Positions 1-9,354 of a stretch of 64,000 nt of DNA are shown here, in pieces (within the stretch, counting starts at the first letter, position 1; each line of letters starts with the position of its first letter). The translations under genes and the position numbers were made by a program. This DNA comes from an uncultured Nitrospiraceae bacterium (GTDB taxonomy: Bacteria > Nitrospirota > Thermodesulfovibrionia > Thermodesulfovibrionales > SM23-35), in the NCBI GenBank assembly GCA_963727775.1, contig CAVSHB010000002.1:704001-768000 (forward strand). The letters run 5' to 3'. The notes beneath the pieces are model-generated. The model ran no database searches and was not told the origin of the DNA. It was given only the letters and a program-made list of their open reading frames with translations.

Positions 1-632
1 GGTGACAATGCGCCTACAGACATGCTCCCGATCATTATCGGGAAAATCTCGCGGACCGGAGGGATGAATATGTCGCTTTTTTTATCTACGACGAGCTTGC
101 CGTCAACCTGCTTCAACGGCAACTCATCGGAAGGCAGAATCCTGCCGAGGAGCGTCCTCACGCGGAATTCGTGCCGCCCGGCATCCAACGCCGGGTCAGT
201 AAGCATGGAAATTCGTGTGAATTTGAGCCTGTCAATTGTTGAGATAGACGGGTCGTTTCTTCTGCCGCCGCGCTTGTATCCTTCTCCGCCTTTGTTTTTA
301 TAATGCAGAAATTTGTTTTGAGGGTTGTATTCAGGCTCTATGGCTTCGTTAGGGCAGACAAGGGTACAAGACCCGCAACCCGTGCAATAGCGGTCCATAT
401 CCGTTACCTGTGCGACTACATGAACGATCTTCCTCGTTGCTTCCGGTGTCGGGACAGGGCCTTCAGAAAAGACTGTCCGCTTAACATGTACCGTCGCTTC
501 GATGGCCTTAACCGGGCATACAGCCGTACATCTTCCACATCGGGTGCACCTATGGTCTTTCCATCGTACTATGTAAGGAAACTCTTTTAACGAGAGCTGA
601 TGATTTTTATCTAATTTTGCAGCTGGCTCCAT
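1..632 (-). CDS. Glutamate synthase-related subunit (N-terminal 4Fe-4S ferredoxin plus FMN-binding domain), runs off the window edge
   Basis: Not in ORF track; manual translation from ATG at 632 gives MEPAAKLDKNHQLSLKEFPYIVRWKDHRCTRCGRCTAVCP; window edge reads PIMIGSMSVGALS (GltB FMN-domain motif); overlaps stop of upstream GATase gene. Confidence 0.85.
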   Translation of the reverse strand, partial: MEPAAKLDKNHQLSLKEFPYIVRWKDHRCTRCGRCTAVCPVKAIEATVHVKRTVFSEGPVPTPEATRKIVHVVAQVTDMDRYCTGCGSCTLVCPNEAIEPEYNPQNKFLHYKNKGGEGYKRGGRRNDPSISTIDRLKFTRISMLTDPALDAGRHEFRVRTLLGRILPSDELPLKQVDGKLVVDKKSDIFIPPVREIFPIMIGSMSVGALS

Positions 633-1720
633 ACCTTAATCTCCTCTGCCTGAGGTTTGATAATTACCATGTCGTATTTCATCGGAAAGATATCTGTTGA
701 CTTGTTCCTGACCGGAACAGCACTGTCAAGTCCGCATTCCTCAGACATCAACGCATACTTGCCTTTAACTCCGCCGACCACTCCGGGTCTCAGTTTTTTC
801 GAATCATGTACCATAAAACAGGAGCCGTCAGGAACAAATCCGATAATCATATTCGGTCCATCGATACACAACGGCCTTAATGACTGTTTGATGAGCCTCA
901 GGGCCTCTCCGTCGTCTCTTTTCACGATGTCCGATTCCTTAATAGGCGTTATAACATCTTTATAATAGGTCAGCGGGAACCCGAGTTGCCTGACCGTATA
1001 ATGGAGTATGTGAGTGAAGACTTCACTGTCGCTGTTGTATCCGATATAACCTGGAAATCCCCTCCCCATGAGAAATTCCCGAATGGGTACAAACGCGGTA
1101 TTCTCGCCGTTCGTCATAGAGCAGTATCCCTGGATGAAGAAGGGATGGCAGGCATAGAGGTATATGGCGTAATTAGTATTCTGCCTGCCCTGCGCAAAGA
1201 TGATTTTTGCTTTTATGATGTCCTTATCAAGGCCGAAGAATTCGCCCACCTGGAGCGGATCGCCGACCTCTTTTAAGGTAATGACATCAGGATAAAATGA
1301 GAAAACGAATATCGATCCGTCCGGTTCTCCGATATTTCTCAGGGCAACGCGGGTTTTCATGAGGAGGTCTTCTTTTTCCCTTATCGGCCTGTTTTTAAAG
1401 GAGGCGGGATAGTCGTAGACTTTCGCAAAGTAATGATCGCGCGGCGCCATCCCCTTTACGCTTTTTAGCTCCGGCGCCCAATTATATTTGAGCTTAAAGC
1501 CTGCTTTGCCCATGAATGCATTGAGTACCTTGGCCCCGCTTTTTGAGCATATGCCCGAAAGGACCGGATAGGCCTTCAGTTTCCTGAATTCACCGCCGAG
1601 GTCCTTGAGCGTCAGTCCGAGACCGGAACCGTCATGTCCTTCCTTCATTGTTTCGAGGGCAAGGATGTTTTCCATAGGAGAGAAATATTCGTTTGATGTT
1701 ATAGCGGCCAATCTGCACAT
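611..1720 (-). CDS. Class II glutamine amidotransferase (glutamate synthase domain 1)
   Basis: N-terminal MCRL with catalytic Cys2; GRQNTN, HPF, NGEN, DSE motifs. Confidence 0.85.
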   Translation of the reverse strand: MCRLAAITSNEYFSPMENILALETMKEGHDGSGLGLTLKDLGGEFRKLKAYPVLSGICSKSGAKVLNAFMGKAGFKLKYNWAPELKSVKGMAPRDHYFAKVYDYPASFKNRPIREKEDLLMKTRVALRNIGEPDGSIFVFSFYPDVITLKEVGDPLQVGEFFGLDKDIIKAKIIFAQGRQNTNYAIYLYACHPFFIQGYCSMTNGENTAFVPIREFLMGRGFPGYIGYNSDSEVFTHILHYTVRQLGFPLTYYKDVITPIKESDIVKRDDGEALRLIKQSLRPLCIDGPNMIIGFVPDGSCFMVHDSKKLRPGVVGGVKGKYALMSEECGLDSAVPVRNKSTDIFPMKYDMVIIKPQAEEIKVWSQLQN

Positions 1721-1943
1721 TTATTTGCTCCAATTCTAAAATGGATATCTATACTCTCATTTACAGGCAAAAAAAGCGTCCGAACCATTTAAAACTGCCA
1801 TGATAACAGACGCTGTTAAACGGTATCCATTTATTGTAATTCTTTATAATAAAAAGAATAAAAACCCTTTGTCAACTTTTACGCGGTTTCCCTTCCTGAA
1901 TGGAGTTCTGAAGTTTATGGTACAATAAAAAAATTTTTCGAAA

Positions 1944-3935
1944 ATGAACGCAGAAAATTATTTCACTATAGGGGTCATGTTTTTTCTTTCCGGTGCGATT
2001 GTCTCCTTGATAATTCCCCGGGAAGTGAAAAAATACGGTTATATCCTTTCAACCGGCGGCTCTCTGTGCCTTCTAATTTCAGGAGTATATATTTCTTCCG
2101 GAGTGAAGATATACCTGCCCCCCATTCACATGTCATCGCTTTTTGAGTTTGCATTTCAGGCAGATTCCCTTTCAGGATTTTTCGTGGCTGTAATATCAAT
2201 TTTGGCCTTAGCTGTATCAATCTATTCCGTCGGCTATACGGAAAACATCAAGAATAAGGGGTTGATGGGATTTCTTTATAACCTTTTTATCCTGAGCATG
2301 TATGCGGTTATCCTGTCGGGCAATGTTATCACATTCCTTATTTCCTGGGAGACCATGTCTGTTGTTTCTTATTTCCTTGTAACATTCGACAGGGAAGAAA
2401 AATCAACAAAGGCCGGATTGGTATACGCCGTCATGACGCATATCGGGACAGCTTTTATAATAGCCCTCTTTTTTATCCTTTACAAATATACTGGGCAAAT
2501 GGACTTCCCGGGAATGAAAGCCTCGATGACAAAGCTTCCAACTGATATTAAATCACTCATTTTTATTTTTTCGGTGATAGGATTCGGCACAAAGGCCGGT
2601 ATTATACCTTTGCATACATGGCTTCCAAGGGCGCACCCTGCCGCGCCATCGAATATATCGGCACTGATGTCGGGGGTAATGATAAAGACAGGGATCTACG
2701 GGTTTATCAGGATAAGTATGGACATAATGGGGCAGTGTCCGGATTGGTGGGGGATAACGATAATTGTGATAGGCGCCGTCTCCTCTATCCTCGGCGTGTT
2801 ATACGCCCTTATGGAGCATGACATCAAAAGGCTCCTTGCCTATCACAGTGTTGAAAATATCGGAATTATACTCCTCGGCCTCGGGGCCTCTATGATGTTC
2901 AGGAGCAACGGCCTTTATACCCTTTCTGCCATAGCATTGATCGCAGGGCTTTACCATACGGTTAATCATGCGCTTTTTAAAGGCCTTCTCTTCCTCGGAG
3001 CGGGGTCTGTGATGCATGCCACGCATACTAACAATATGGAAGACATGGGCGGACTGATCAAGTCGATGCCTTTTACGGCGTTGACCTTTCTTATAGGCGC
3101 GGTATCGATATGCGCGCTGCCTCCGTTCAACGGTTTTGTGAGCGAATGGCTTACATATCAGGCGCTGATACTCGGGTTCCAATCATCTTCCATCACTGCC
3201 AAGATTATCTCACCCTTGGGGGGCGCCGCCCTCGCATTGACGGGCGCCCTCGCAGCGGCATGTTTTGTAAAGGCCTTCGGCATATCCTTCCTCGGAGCGC
3301 CGCGAAGCTTTCATGCGGAAGGTGCGAAGGAATCGTCATCCTCCATGATAATCGGCATGTCCATCCTTGCCCTCCTGTGTCTTGTGCTTGGGGTTGTCCC
3401 CGGCGCTGTGATAAACATGTTTTCGACTACGGCGTTCCTTCTTACAGGATCATACGGTATATCACCGGGCAACTGGTTCATTCATATCAATGAGACGATT
3501 GCTTCCCTTTCCCCTGCATCTATACTCATCACTGTAATCGTGATGTCCGTCGCCTCGGTAATTTTTATCATGCGCGTCGGAGGCAGAAAAAAGACGACAT
3601 ACGGTGATTCTTGGGACTGCGGAATGCCCGCGCTGACTCCGAGGATGCAGTATACCGCAACGGCGTTCACTAAGCCCATAAGGTTGATATTCAAAAAGAT
3701 ATATCTGCCGAGGAGGGAACTGAAGGTCTCTTATACGGTAAAGCCCCTTTTTGTAGAAGCCGTTAAATACAGCGGCGAGATAACCCCGTTTTTTGAAAAA
3801 TACCTTTATGATCCCGGTACGGTCTTTATCCACAAGTTAGCCGGAAAGGTGAGAGTGCTGCAATCGGGAAGCCTCCAGCTCTATCTCGGATATATTTTGA
3901 TAACCTTAATCCTGCTTCTTATTCTCGGAGAATAG
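1944..3935 (+). CDS. hyfB: Hydrogenase-4/Ehr antiporter-like membrane subunit (HyfB/EhrA)
   Basis: PLHTWLPRAHPAAPS and LLAYHSVENIG motifs; many TM helices. Confidence 0.9.
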   Translation: MNAENYFTIGVMFFLSGAIVSLIIPREVKKYGYILSTGGSLCLLISGVYISSGVKIYLPPIHMSSLFEFAFQADSLSGFFVAVISILALAVSIYSVGYTENIKNKGLMGFLYNLFILSMYAVILSGNVITFLISWETMSVVSYFLVTFDREEKSTKAGLVYAVMTHIGTAFIIALFFILYKYTGQMDFPGMKASMTKLPTDIKSLIFIFSVIGFGTKAGIIPLHTWLPRAHPAAPSNISALMSGVMIKTGIYGFIRISMDIMGQCPDWWGITIIVIGAVSSILGVLYALMEHDIKRLLAYHSVENIGIILLGLGASMMFRSNGLYTLSAIALIAGLYHTVNHALFKGLLFLGAGSVMHATHTNNMEDMGGLIKSMPFTALTFLIGAVSICALPPFNGFVSEWLTYQALILGFQSSSITAKIISPLGGAALALTGALAAACFVKAFGISFLGAPRSFHAEGAKESSSSMIIGMSILALLCLVLGVVPGAVINMFSTTAFLLTGSYGISPGNWFIHINETIASLSPASILITVIVMSVASVIFIMRVGGRKKTTYGDSWDCGMPALTPRMQYTATAFTKPIRLIFKKIYLPRRELKVSYTVKPLFVEAVKYSGEITPFFEKYLYDPGTVFIHKLAGKVRVLQSGSLQLYLGYILITLILLLILGE

Positions 3936-3936
3936 C

Positions 3937-4854
3937 ATGGAATATCTACAATTCATAATAATCATTATCTTTTCTCCGCTCATCCAGGGGACTATCAAGA
4001 AGCTTAAAGCAAACATGCAGGGCAGGGTGGGACCTGGAATATTCCAGCCTTACTATGACCTGATAAGGCTTTGCCGGAAAGACATGGTCATCTCCCGCGT
4101 ATCGTCATGGATATTCAAGGCGACACCTTACATAGTCTTTTCGTCAACTGCAGCTGCTGCCATGATTGTTCCTGTTATAACGACAAGCTACCGCTTCGGC
4201 ATGATGGGGGACGTCATAGCGTTGATTTATATCTTTGCGCTCGGGAGGTTCTTCATGGCATTGGCAGGACTCGACGCCGGGACTGCCTTCGGCGGCGAGG
4301 GCAGCAGCAGGGAAATGACCGTCGCGGTATTGGTCGAGCCGATGATGATGCTCAGCGTATTTACCGCTGCGATATCGGCAGGCTCAACGAATGTGGCGAG
4401 GATCGCTGAGGCGCAGAACGCTTTATATTCGCCGTCTCATATCCTTGCGCTGTCCGCGTTCATGGTGGCGATTGTCGCCGAGACGGGGAGAATCCCTATT
4501 GACAACCCCGACACTCACCTTGAACTGACGATGATCCATGAGGGGATGGTCCTCGAATATTCCGGCAGATACCTTGCGCTCATGGAATGGTCCCATTATA
4601 TGAAGCAGATGCTCTTGTTTACTATCGCCGTCGATATATTCTTTCCCATGGGCATTTCGGGCAATATCCAAATCTCCAGTCTTGCCATATCGTCGGTGGC
4701 GTATATGCTTAAAATGTTTTTTATGGCGGTTTTAATGGCAACAATAGAATCCACAAGGGCCAAGATGAGATTCTTTCAGCTCCCCGCGCTGCTCGGAGGG
4801 GCCTTTGTCCTTGCCATGCTCTCACTCTTAACGTACATCATGATGGGGAAATAG
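3937..4854 (+). CDS. hyfC: NuoH-like membrane subunit (HyfC/EhrB)
   Basis: QGRVGP and ETGRIPIDNPDTHLELTMIHE motifs. Confidence 0.9.
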   Translation: MEYLQFIIIIIFSPLIQGTIKKLKANMQGRVGPGIFQPYYDLIRLCRKDMVISRVSSWIFKATPYIVFSSTAAAAMIVPVITTSYRFGMMGDVIALIYIFALGRFFMALAGLDAGTAFGGEGSSREMTVAVLVEPMMMLSVFTAAISAGSTNVARIAEAQNALYSPSHILALSAFMVAIVAETGRIPIDNPDTHLELTMIHEGMVLEYSGRYLALMEWSHYMKQMLLFTIAVDIFFPMGISGNIQISSLAISSVAYMLKMFFMAVLMATIESTRAKMRFFQLPALLGGAFVLAMLSLLTYIMMGK

Positions 4855-4855
4855 A

Positions 4856-5515
4856 ATGAAAAACTGGATCCAGGTTTTTTCGATAATCGATTTCATCTCT
4901 GTCGGTATACTCCTGACGGCTATCGCAATGAACGCCCTCAAACGGCTTGAATCGTCCGTGAGGGCCTATACACTCAACTCATGGTTTCTTTCGTCCTTAA
5001 TCGCTATCGTGGCATTTATGGTTGGTGAGATGCACCTTTATATCGCATCTGCTACCACTTTATTAAGTAAAGGGATTATCATCCCGTGGTTTTTGAGGAA
5101 GATAGTCCGCCGGACAAAAGCCACGCATGACGCCGATCCGTATATCAGCAATACACTTTCGCTCACCATATCAGGGATCCTCGTAGCGGTTGTTTATACA
5201 TCTTTGAGGGAAGGGATTTTTGTTACCGGTTTTTCGAGAAACGTGCTTCAGATCTCGATAGCCGTGATACTGATCGGACTCTTCAGCATGATTGCCGGAA
5301 GAAAGGCGATAACACAGGTAATAGGGCTGCTGTTCATGGAGAACGGGCTTTTCCTGGCGGGCTTTTCCCTGACATTCGGCATGCCGGTTATTATTGAACT
5401 CGGGATTCTGTTCGACATGCTGATGGGCGTTATTATACTCGGCATTTTTGCCGTTCAGATTAAGCGCGTCTTCATATCGTCGGACCTCGATAAACTTACG
5501 ACACTGAAGGGATAG
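4856..5515 (+). CDS. hyfE: Hydrogenase-4 component E-like membrane subunit
   Basis: Hydrophobic 219 aa, GLLFMENG motif, operon position. Confidence 0.85.
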   Translation: MKNWIQVFSIIDFISVGILLTAIAMNALKRLESSVRAYTLNSWFLSSLIAIVAFMVGEMHLYIASATTLLSKGIIIPWFLRKIVRRTKATHDADPYISNTLSLTISGILVAVVYTSLREGIFVTGFSRNVLQISIAVILIGLFSMIAGRKAITQVIGLLFMENGLFLAGFSLTFGMPVIIELGILFDMLMGVIILGIFAVQIKRVFISSDLDKLTTLKG

Positions 5516-5520
5516 GATTA

Positions 5521-7038
5521 ATGATTGAAATACTATTGATACCAATTGTCACGTCCGCGATATGCTATGCATTGAAGAACTACAGGGTGATCGGCTATAT
5601 GAGTCTCGCCGGCGCTCTTGTCCTCGTGGTGTTTTCTGTGCCGGTGGTCCTTGCCTCCGTATCCCATTCCGTACGGATGCTGGGAGGTGTTCTTTATATG
5701 GACGCCCTTTCAGGATATATGATGGCTTTGGTAGTCTTCCTCTGCCTGATCTCCGCAATCTATTCCATAGGATATCTGGAGCATGAGCTGAAGGTCGGCC
5801 TTACTGATACAGCCGGGATAAGGAGATATTATGCGCTGCTTCACCTGTTTATTTTCACCATGCTCCTTGTGACCGTCTCGAACAACCTTGCCTTAATGTG
5901 GATCGCGGTAGAGGCCACGACGATAGTTTCTGCCGTGCTTATCGGTTTCGGTTTCAGGAAAAGGGCTTTGGCGATTGAAGCGGCATGGAAATATATAATC
6001 CTCTGCACCGTGGGGATCACCTTTGCTTTACTCGGTACTTTCATAACATACTACGCATCCACTGCGGTCATAGGGACGGAAGGTGTATTGAACTGGACTG
6101 AACTCAAAGATATCGCCGGCCGGCTTAACCCTTCGACGATGAAGCTCGCCTTTATCTTCGTGCTTGTCGGGTACGGCACAAAAGCGGGTTTGGCGCCCGT
6201 GCACAACTGGCTCCCCGATGCCCACAGCCAGGCGCCCAGTCCCATAAGCGCATTGCTTTCAGGCATACTTCTCAATACCGCATTCTATGGAATCATGAGG
6301 TTTGTGTCTCTGGTAGAGCCTTCAACAGGAGGTGCATTCACCGGCAATCTGCTGATTATCTTCGGGTTGTTGTCCGTGGGCCTATCTTCTATATTTATAC
6401 TTGTTCAGGACAATTACAAAAGGCTCCTTGCCTACAGCAGTATCGAGCATATGGGTATTATTTCACTCGGGATGGGTATCGGCGGTTTCGCGGGTATTTA
6501 CGGCGCACTGTTGCACATATTGAATCACGCGCTTTCGAAGCCGCTTATGTTCTTTGCTTCCGGGAAGATCCAGGCGCGTTTCGGTTCTACGAGGATAGAG
6601 AACGTGAGCGGGGTCTTGTCCACAATGCCGTTGCTAGGTACGCTCACATTCATAGGCGCATTCTCCCTCGCCGGGTCCCCGCCTTTTAATATCTTCATCA
6701 GTGAATTTACCATCCTGAAAGCAGGAGTGGACAAAGGGTTATGGCTTCCGGTCACGCTGTTCCTTGTCTTTGCGGTTATCGTTTTTTACGGGATAATCTT
6801 CGGGTTTGGGAAGATGCTTTTCGGAAAACCGACGGAGGAGAAAAACGGGGGGGCCGGACAACAGCTCGGGATGATAATGTCGAATCATCAGGAACCTCCC
6901 AGCTACGGCTTCCCGGGTTTCATGACCGACATAGTAATGGTTCTGATGGCGCTGACCATTGTTTTTCTCGGTATCAATATCCCCGGTTTTATTGATAATA
7001 CGATCAGTATGTGCGTTCACGTCTTAGGAGTCAAGTGA
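5521..7038 (+). CDS. hyfF: Hydrogenase-4 component F-like antiporter subunit
   Basis: GTKAGLAPVHNWLPDAHSQAP and KRLLAYSSIEHMG motifs. Confidence 0.9.
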   Translation: MIEILLIPIVTSAICYALKNYRVIGYMSLAGALVLVVFSVPVVLASVSHSVRMLGGVLYMDALSGYMMALVVFLCLISAIYSIGYLEHELKVGLTDTAGIRRYYALLHLFIFTMLLVTVSNNLALMWIAVEATTIVSAVLIGFGFRKRALAIEAAWKYIILCTVGITFALLGTFITYYASTAVIGTEGVLNWTELKDIAGRLNPSTMKLAFIFVLVGYGTKAGLAPVHNWLPDAHSQAPSPISALLSGILLNTAFYGIMRFVSLVEPSTGGAFTGNLLIIFGLLSVGLSSIFILVQDNYKRLLAYSSIEHMGIISLGMGIGGFAGIYGALLHILNHALSKPLMFFASGKIQARFGSTRIENVSGVLSTMPLLGTLTFIGAFSLAGSPPFNIFISEFTILKAGVDKGLWLPVTLFLVFAVIVFYGIIFGFGKMLFGKPTEEKNGGAGQQLGMIMSNHQEPPSYGFPGFMTDIVMVLMALTIVFLGINIPGFIDNTISMCVHVLGVK

Positions 7039-8606
7039 TGGAAAATATACTTAAGAAAGCCGCAGCAACGAGAGAATACCTGAATGAGCAGTATATAGAG
7101 GTAACGGAAAAGGACTTTAGAAATATTTGTATGTATCTTTATTTGGAAAAGGGGGCCTTACTGCGGCTCATGTTTGCAGCGGATGAAAGGGAAATCGACG
7201 GGACGTTCAGGATTTACACGGTGTTTTCCATCCCCGGCATAGACAGATTCTTTATAGTCGTCTTGCCTGTGAAGAATGAATGTCCTGCTTTTCCATCTAT
7301 TACCCATGACATTCCGGCTGCACACTGGTATGAGAGGGAGATCAATGACATGTTTGGATTGAAACCGGATGGGCATCCCGACCTGCGCAGGCTGATATTC
7401 CATGATTCCTTCCCCTCCGATTCACATCCCCTTAGAAAAGACTGGATCATTACCGGGAACGAATTGAAAGAATGGGGAGAAGGAATTGTTCAAAAAGAAC
7501 CCTACCGTTTTATGGAGGTTGAAGGTGAGGGCGTCTATGAAATTCCTGTCGGTCCCGTACATGCGGGGATAATCGAACCCGGACATTTCAGGTTCAGCGC
7601 TTTGGGCGAGACGATATTGTTCCTTGAGCCCAGATTATTTTATACACATAAAGGTACCGAAAAACACTTTGAGCATGTCGGTTTTATTAATGGTGTTGGG
7701 CTTGCCGAGAGGGTTTCCGGAACATCTTCTTTCTCTCATTCGTCTGCGTATTGCATGGCCGTGGAGAGGATGTCAGGGATTGAGATAACTGAAAACGCAA
7801 AAGCTATAAGGACTTTATTACTGGAACTTGAAAGATTATATAACCACATAGGGGACATAGGGAATATGTGCGCCGGCACAGGCCTTGCCGTGGGATATGC
7901 CAAAGGGGCCGTAATCAAGGAGAGGCTTATGCAGCTGAATGGAAGGCTTACCGGCAGCAGATATTTGAGAGGGGTGAACATTATAGGCGGTGTTCTTAAG
8001 GATGTATTCCTCTACAGAGACGATATCCTGTCAACGATCGACACAGTTACAAAAGAATACAAGGAGTTTATGGGCCTGCTGCTCGGTACGGTGTCACACA
8101 TTGAGAGGCTTGAGGGCACCGGTAAGTTATCAAAGGAGATCGCGGGCAGGCTGGGCGCGACAGGGATAGCTGCAAGGGCGTCGGGCATAAACGATGATAT
8201 CAGGAAGGCGCATCCACACCTGCTTTATGACGGACTTGACTTTGAAACACACACAATGTCCAAGGGCAATGTGCTCGCCCGCATGATGATCAGGGCCGAG
8301 GAGTCCGAGTGCTCGATATCCATTATAAAAACCCTCCTTGAAAAAGGTTATAAGGGAGGATTGAATATAGGGATGAAAGACATCCCGGCATTTTCTTCTG
8401 CCTTGGGCTATACCGAGACGCCGAGAGGGTCGGTATTTTACTGGGTCAAGTCGGATAAGAAAGGCAAGCCCGCAAGAGTAAAGTTGAGGTCCCCGTCCTA
8501 TTGTAATTGGCCTTTAGTGCCCTTTGCAGTCTACGGCAATATCGTGCCTGATTTCCCTTTATGCAATAAGAGCTTTAACCTCTCTTATTCAGGATGTGAC
8601 ATGTGA
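7038..8606 (+). CDS. ehrL: NuoC+NuoD-like large subunit of Ehr complex, lacking Ni-binding Cys motifs
   Basis: GPVHAGIIEPGHFRF motif; start ATG at 7038 overlaps hyfF stop (TGATG); ERVSGTSS and NLSYSGCDM replace the CxxC motifs. Confidence 0.85.
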   Translation: MENILKKAAATREYLNEQYIEVTEKDFRNICMYLYLEKGALLRLMFAADEREIDGTFRIYTVFSIPGIDRFFIVVLPVKNECPAFPSITHDIPAAHWYEREINDMFGLKPDGHPDLRRLIFHDSFPSDSHPLRKDWIITGNELKEWGEGIVQKEPYRFMEVEGEGVYEIPVGPVHAGIIEPGHFRFSALGETILFLEPRLFYTHKGTEKHFEHVGFINGVGLAERVSGTSSFSHSSAYCMAVERMSGIEITENAKAIRTLLLELERLYNHIGDIGNMCAGTGLAVGYAKGAVIKERLMQLNGRLTGSRYLRGVNIIGGVLKDVFLYRDDILSTIDTVTKEYKEFMGLLLGTVSHIERLEGTGKLSKEIAGRLGATGIAARASGINDDIRKAHPHLLYDGLDFETHTMSKGNVLARMMIRAEESECSISIIKTLLEKGYKGGLNIGMKDIPAFSSALGYTETPRGSVFYWVKSDKKGKPARVKLRSPSYCNWPLVPFAVYGNIVPDFPLCNKSFNLSYSGCDM

Positions 8607-9136
8607 TTAGAGAGATCCTTAAAAATATAACCGGGAAGAAGAAGGCAATCCCCTTCCCTGAAGGGTTCAATGTCTCCCCTGAGGAAGCCGCTGAAATCAT
8701 CTCGCTTCAGGAAGGGATCGACAGGGTCTTCAGCAGGTCATTCAGGATCAGGCAGGTGGACGCGGGCTCATGCAATGCCTGTGAGTGGGAATGCACCGCT
8801 CTCACCAATCCTGTTTATGACATCCAGAGATTCGGTATCGATTTTGTGGCCTCGCCGAGGCATGCCGACGCGCTCCTCATTACCGGCCCTATTTCGAGGC
8901 AGATGGAACTCGCGCTCAAAAAAACCTATATCGCAACGCCCGAGCCGAAGCTTGTTATCGCCTGCGGAGACTGCACGGTTGATGGCGGGGTCTATAAAGA
9001 CAGCTATGCCGTAACAAACGGCGTTGCCGACGTGGTCCCCGTTGATTGTTATATCCCCGGATGCCCGCCGACCCCGGTCCAGATAATCTTCGGGCTTCAC
9101 CGGCTTATAGAGAAGATGGTCCGGACGAAGAAGTAA
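8603..9136 (+). CDS. ehrS: NuoB-like small Fe-S subunit (HyfI/EhrS)
   Basis: DAGSCNACE, SPRHAD, GDC, IPGCPP motifs. Confidence 0.88.
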   Translation: MIREILKNITGKKKAIPFPEGFNVSPEEAAEIISLQEGIDRVFSRSFRIRQVDAGSCNACEWECTALTNPVYDIQRFGIDFVASPRHADALLITGPISRQMELALKKTYIATPEPKLVIACGDCTVDGGVYKDSYAVTNGVADVVPVDCYIPGCPPTPVQIIFGLHRLIEKMVRTKK

Positions 9137-9354
9137 CTTTGCCGGTAAATGCCCAAAGCATGGGCTGATCAGAGAACCGTCATTTTGGCCGTCGAACTTG
9201 CGTAAGAGCTCTGCTTATAAACGGAATCACTCAGGGCACGGTACTTCATCTACTACGCCCGTAGGAAGTTTTTATTACATGTAAATTACAACTTGCAAAA
9301 ACGCAACCTCAGGGCCAGATCAAGAGTGTGATTACGAGTTGAAATTGAAATATC

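Noticed and set aside
22..590. Plus-strand ORFs 22-303 and 303-590, and similar short antisense ORFs throughout
   Set aside because: Shadows of well-supported genes on the opposite strand or frame
9137..9354. Possible RNA gene or gene remnant between ehrS and the permease
   Set aside because: No cloverleaf, strong stem or recognisable reading frame found
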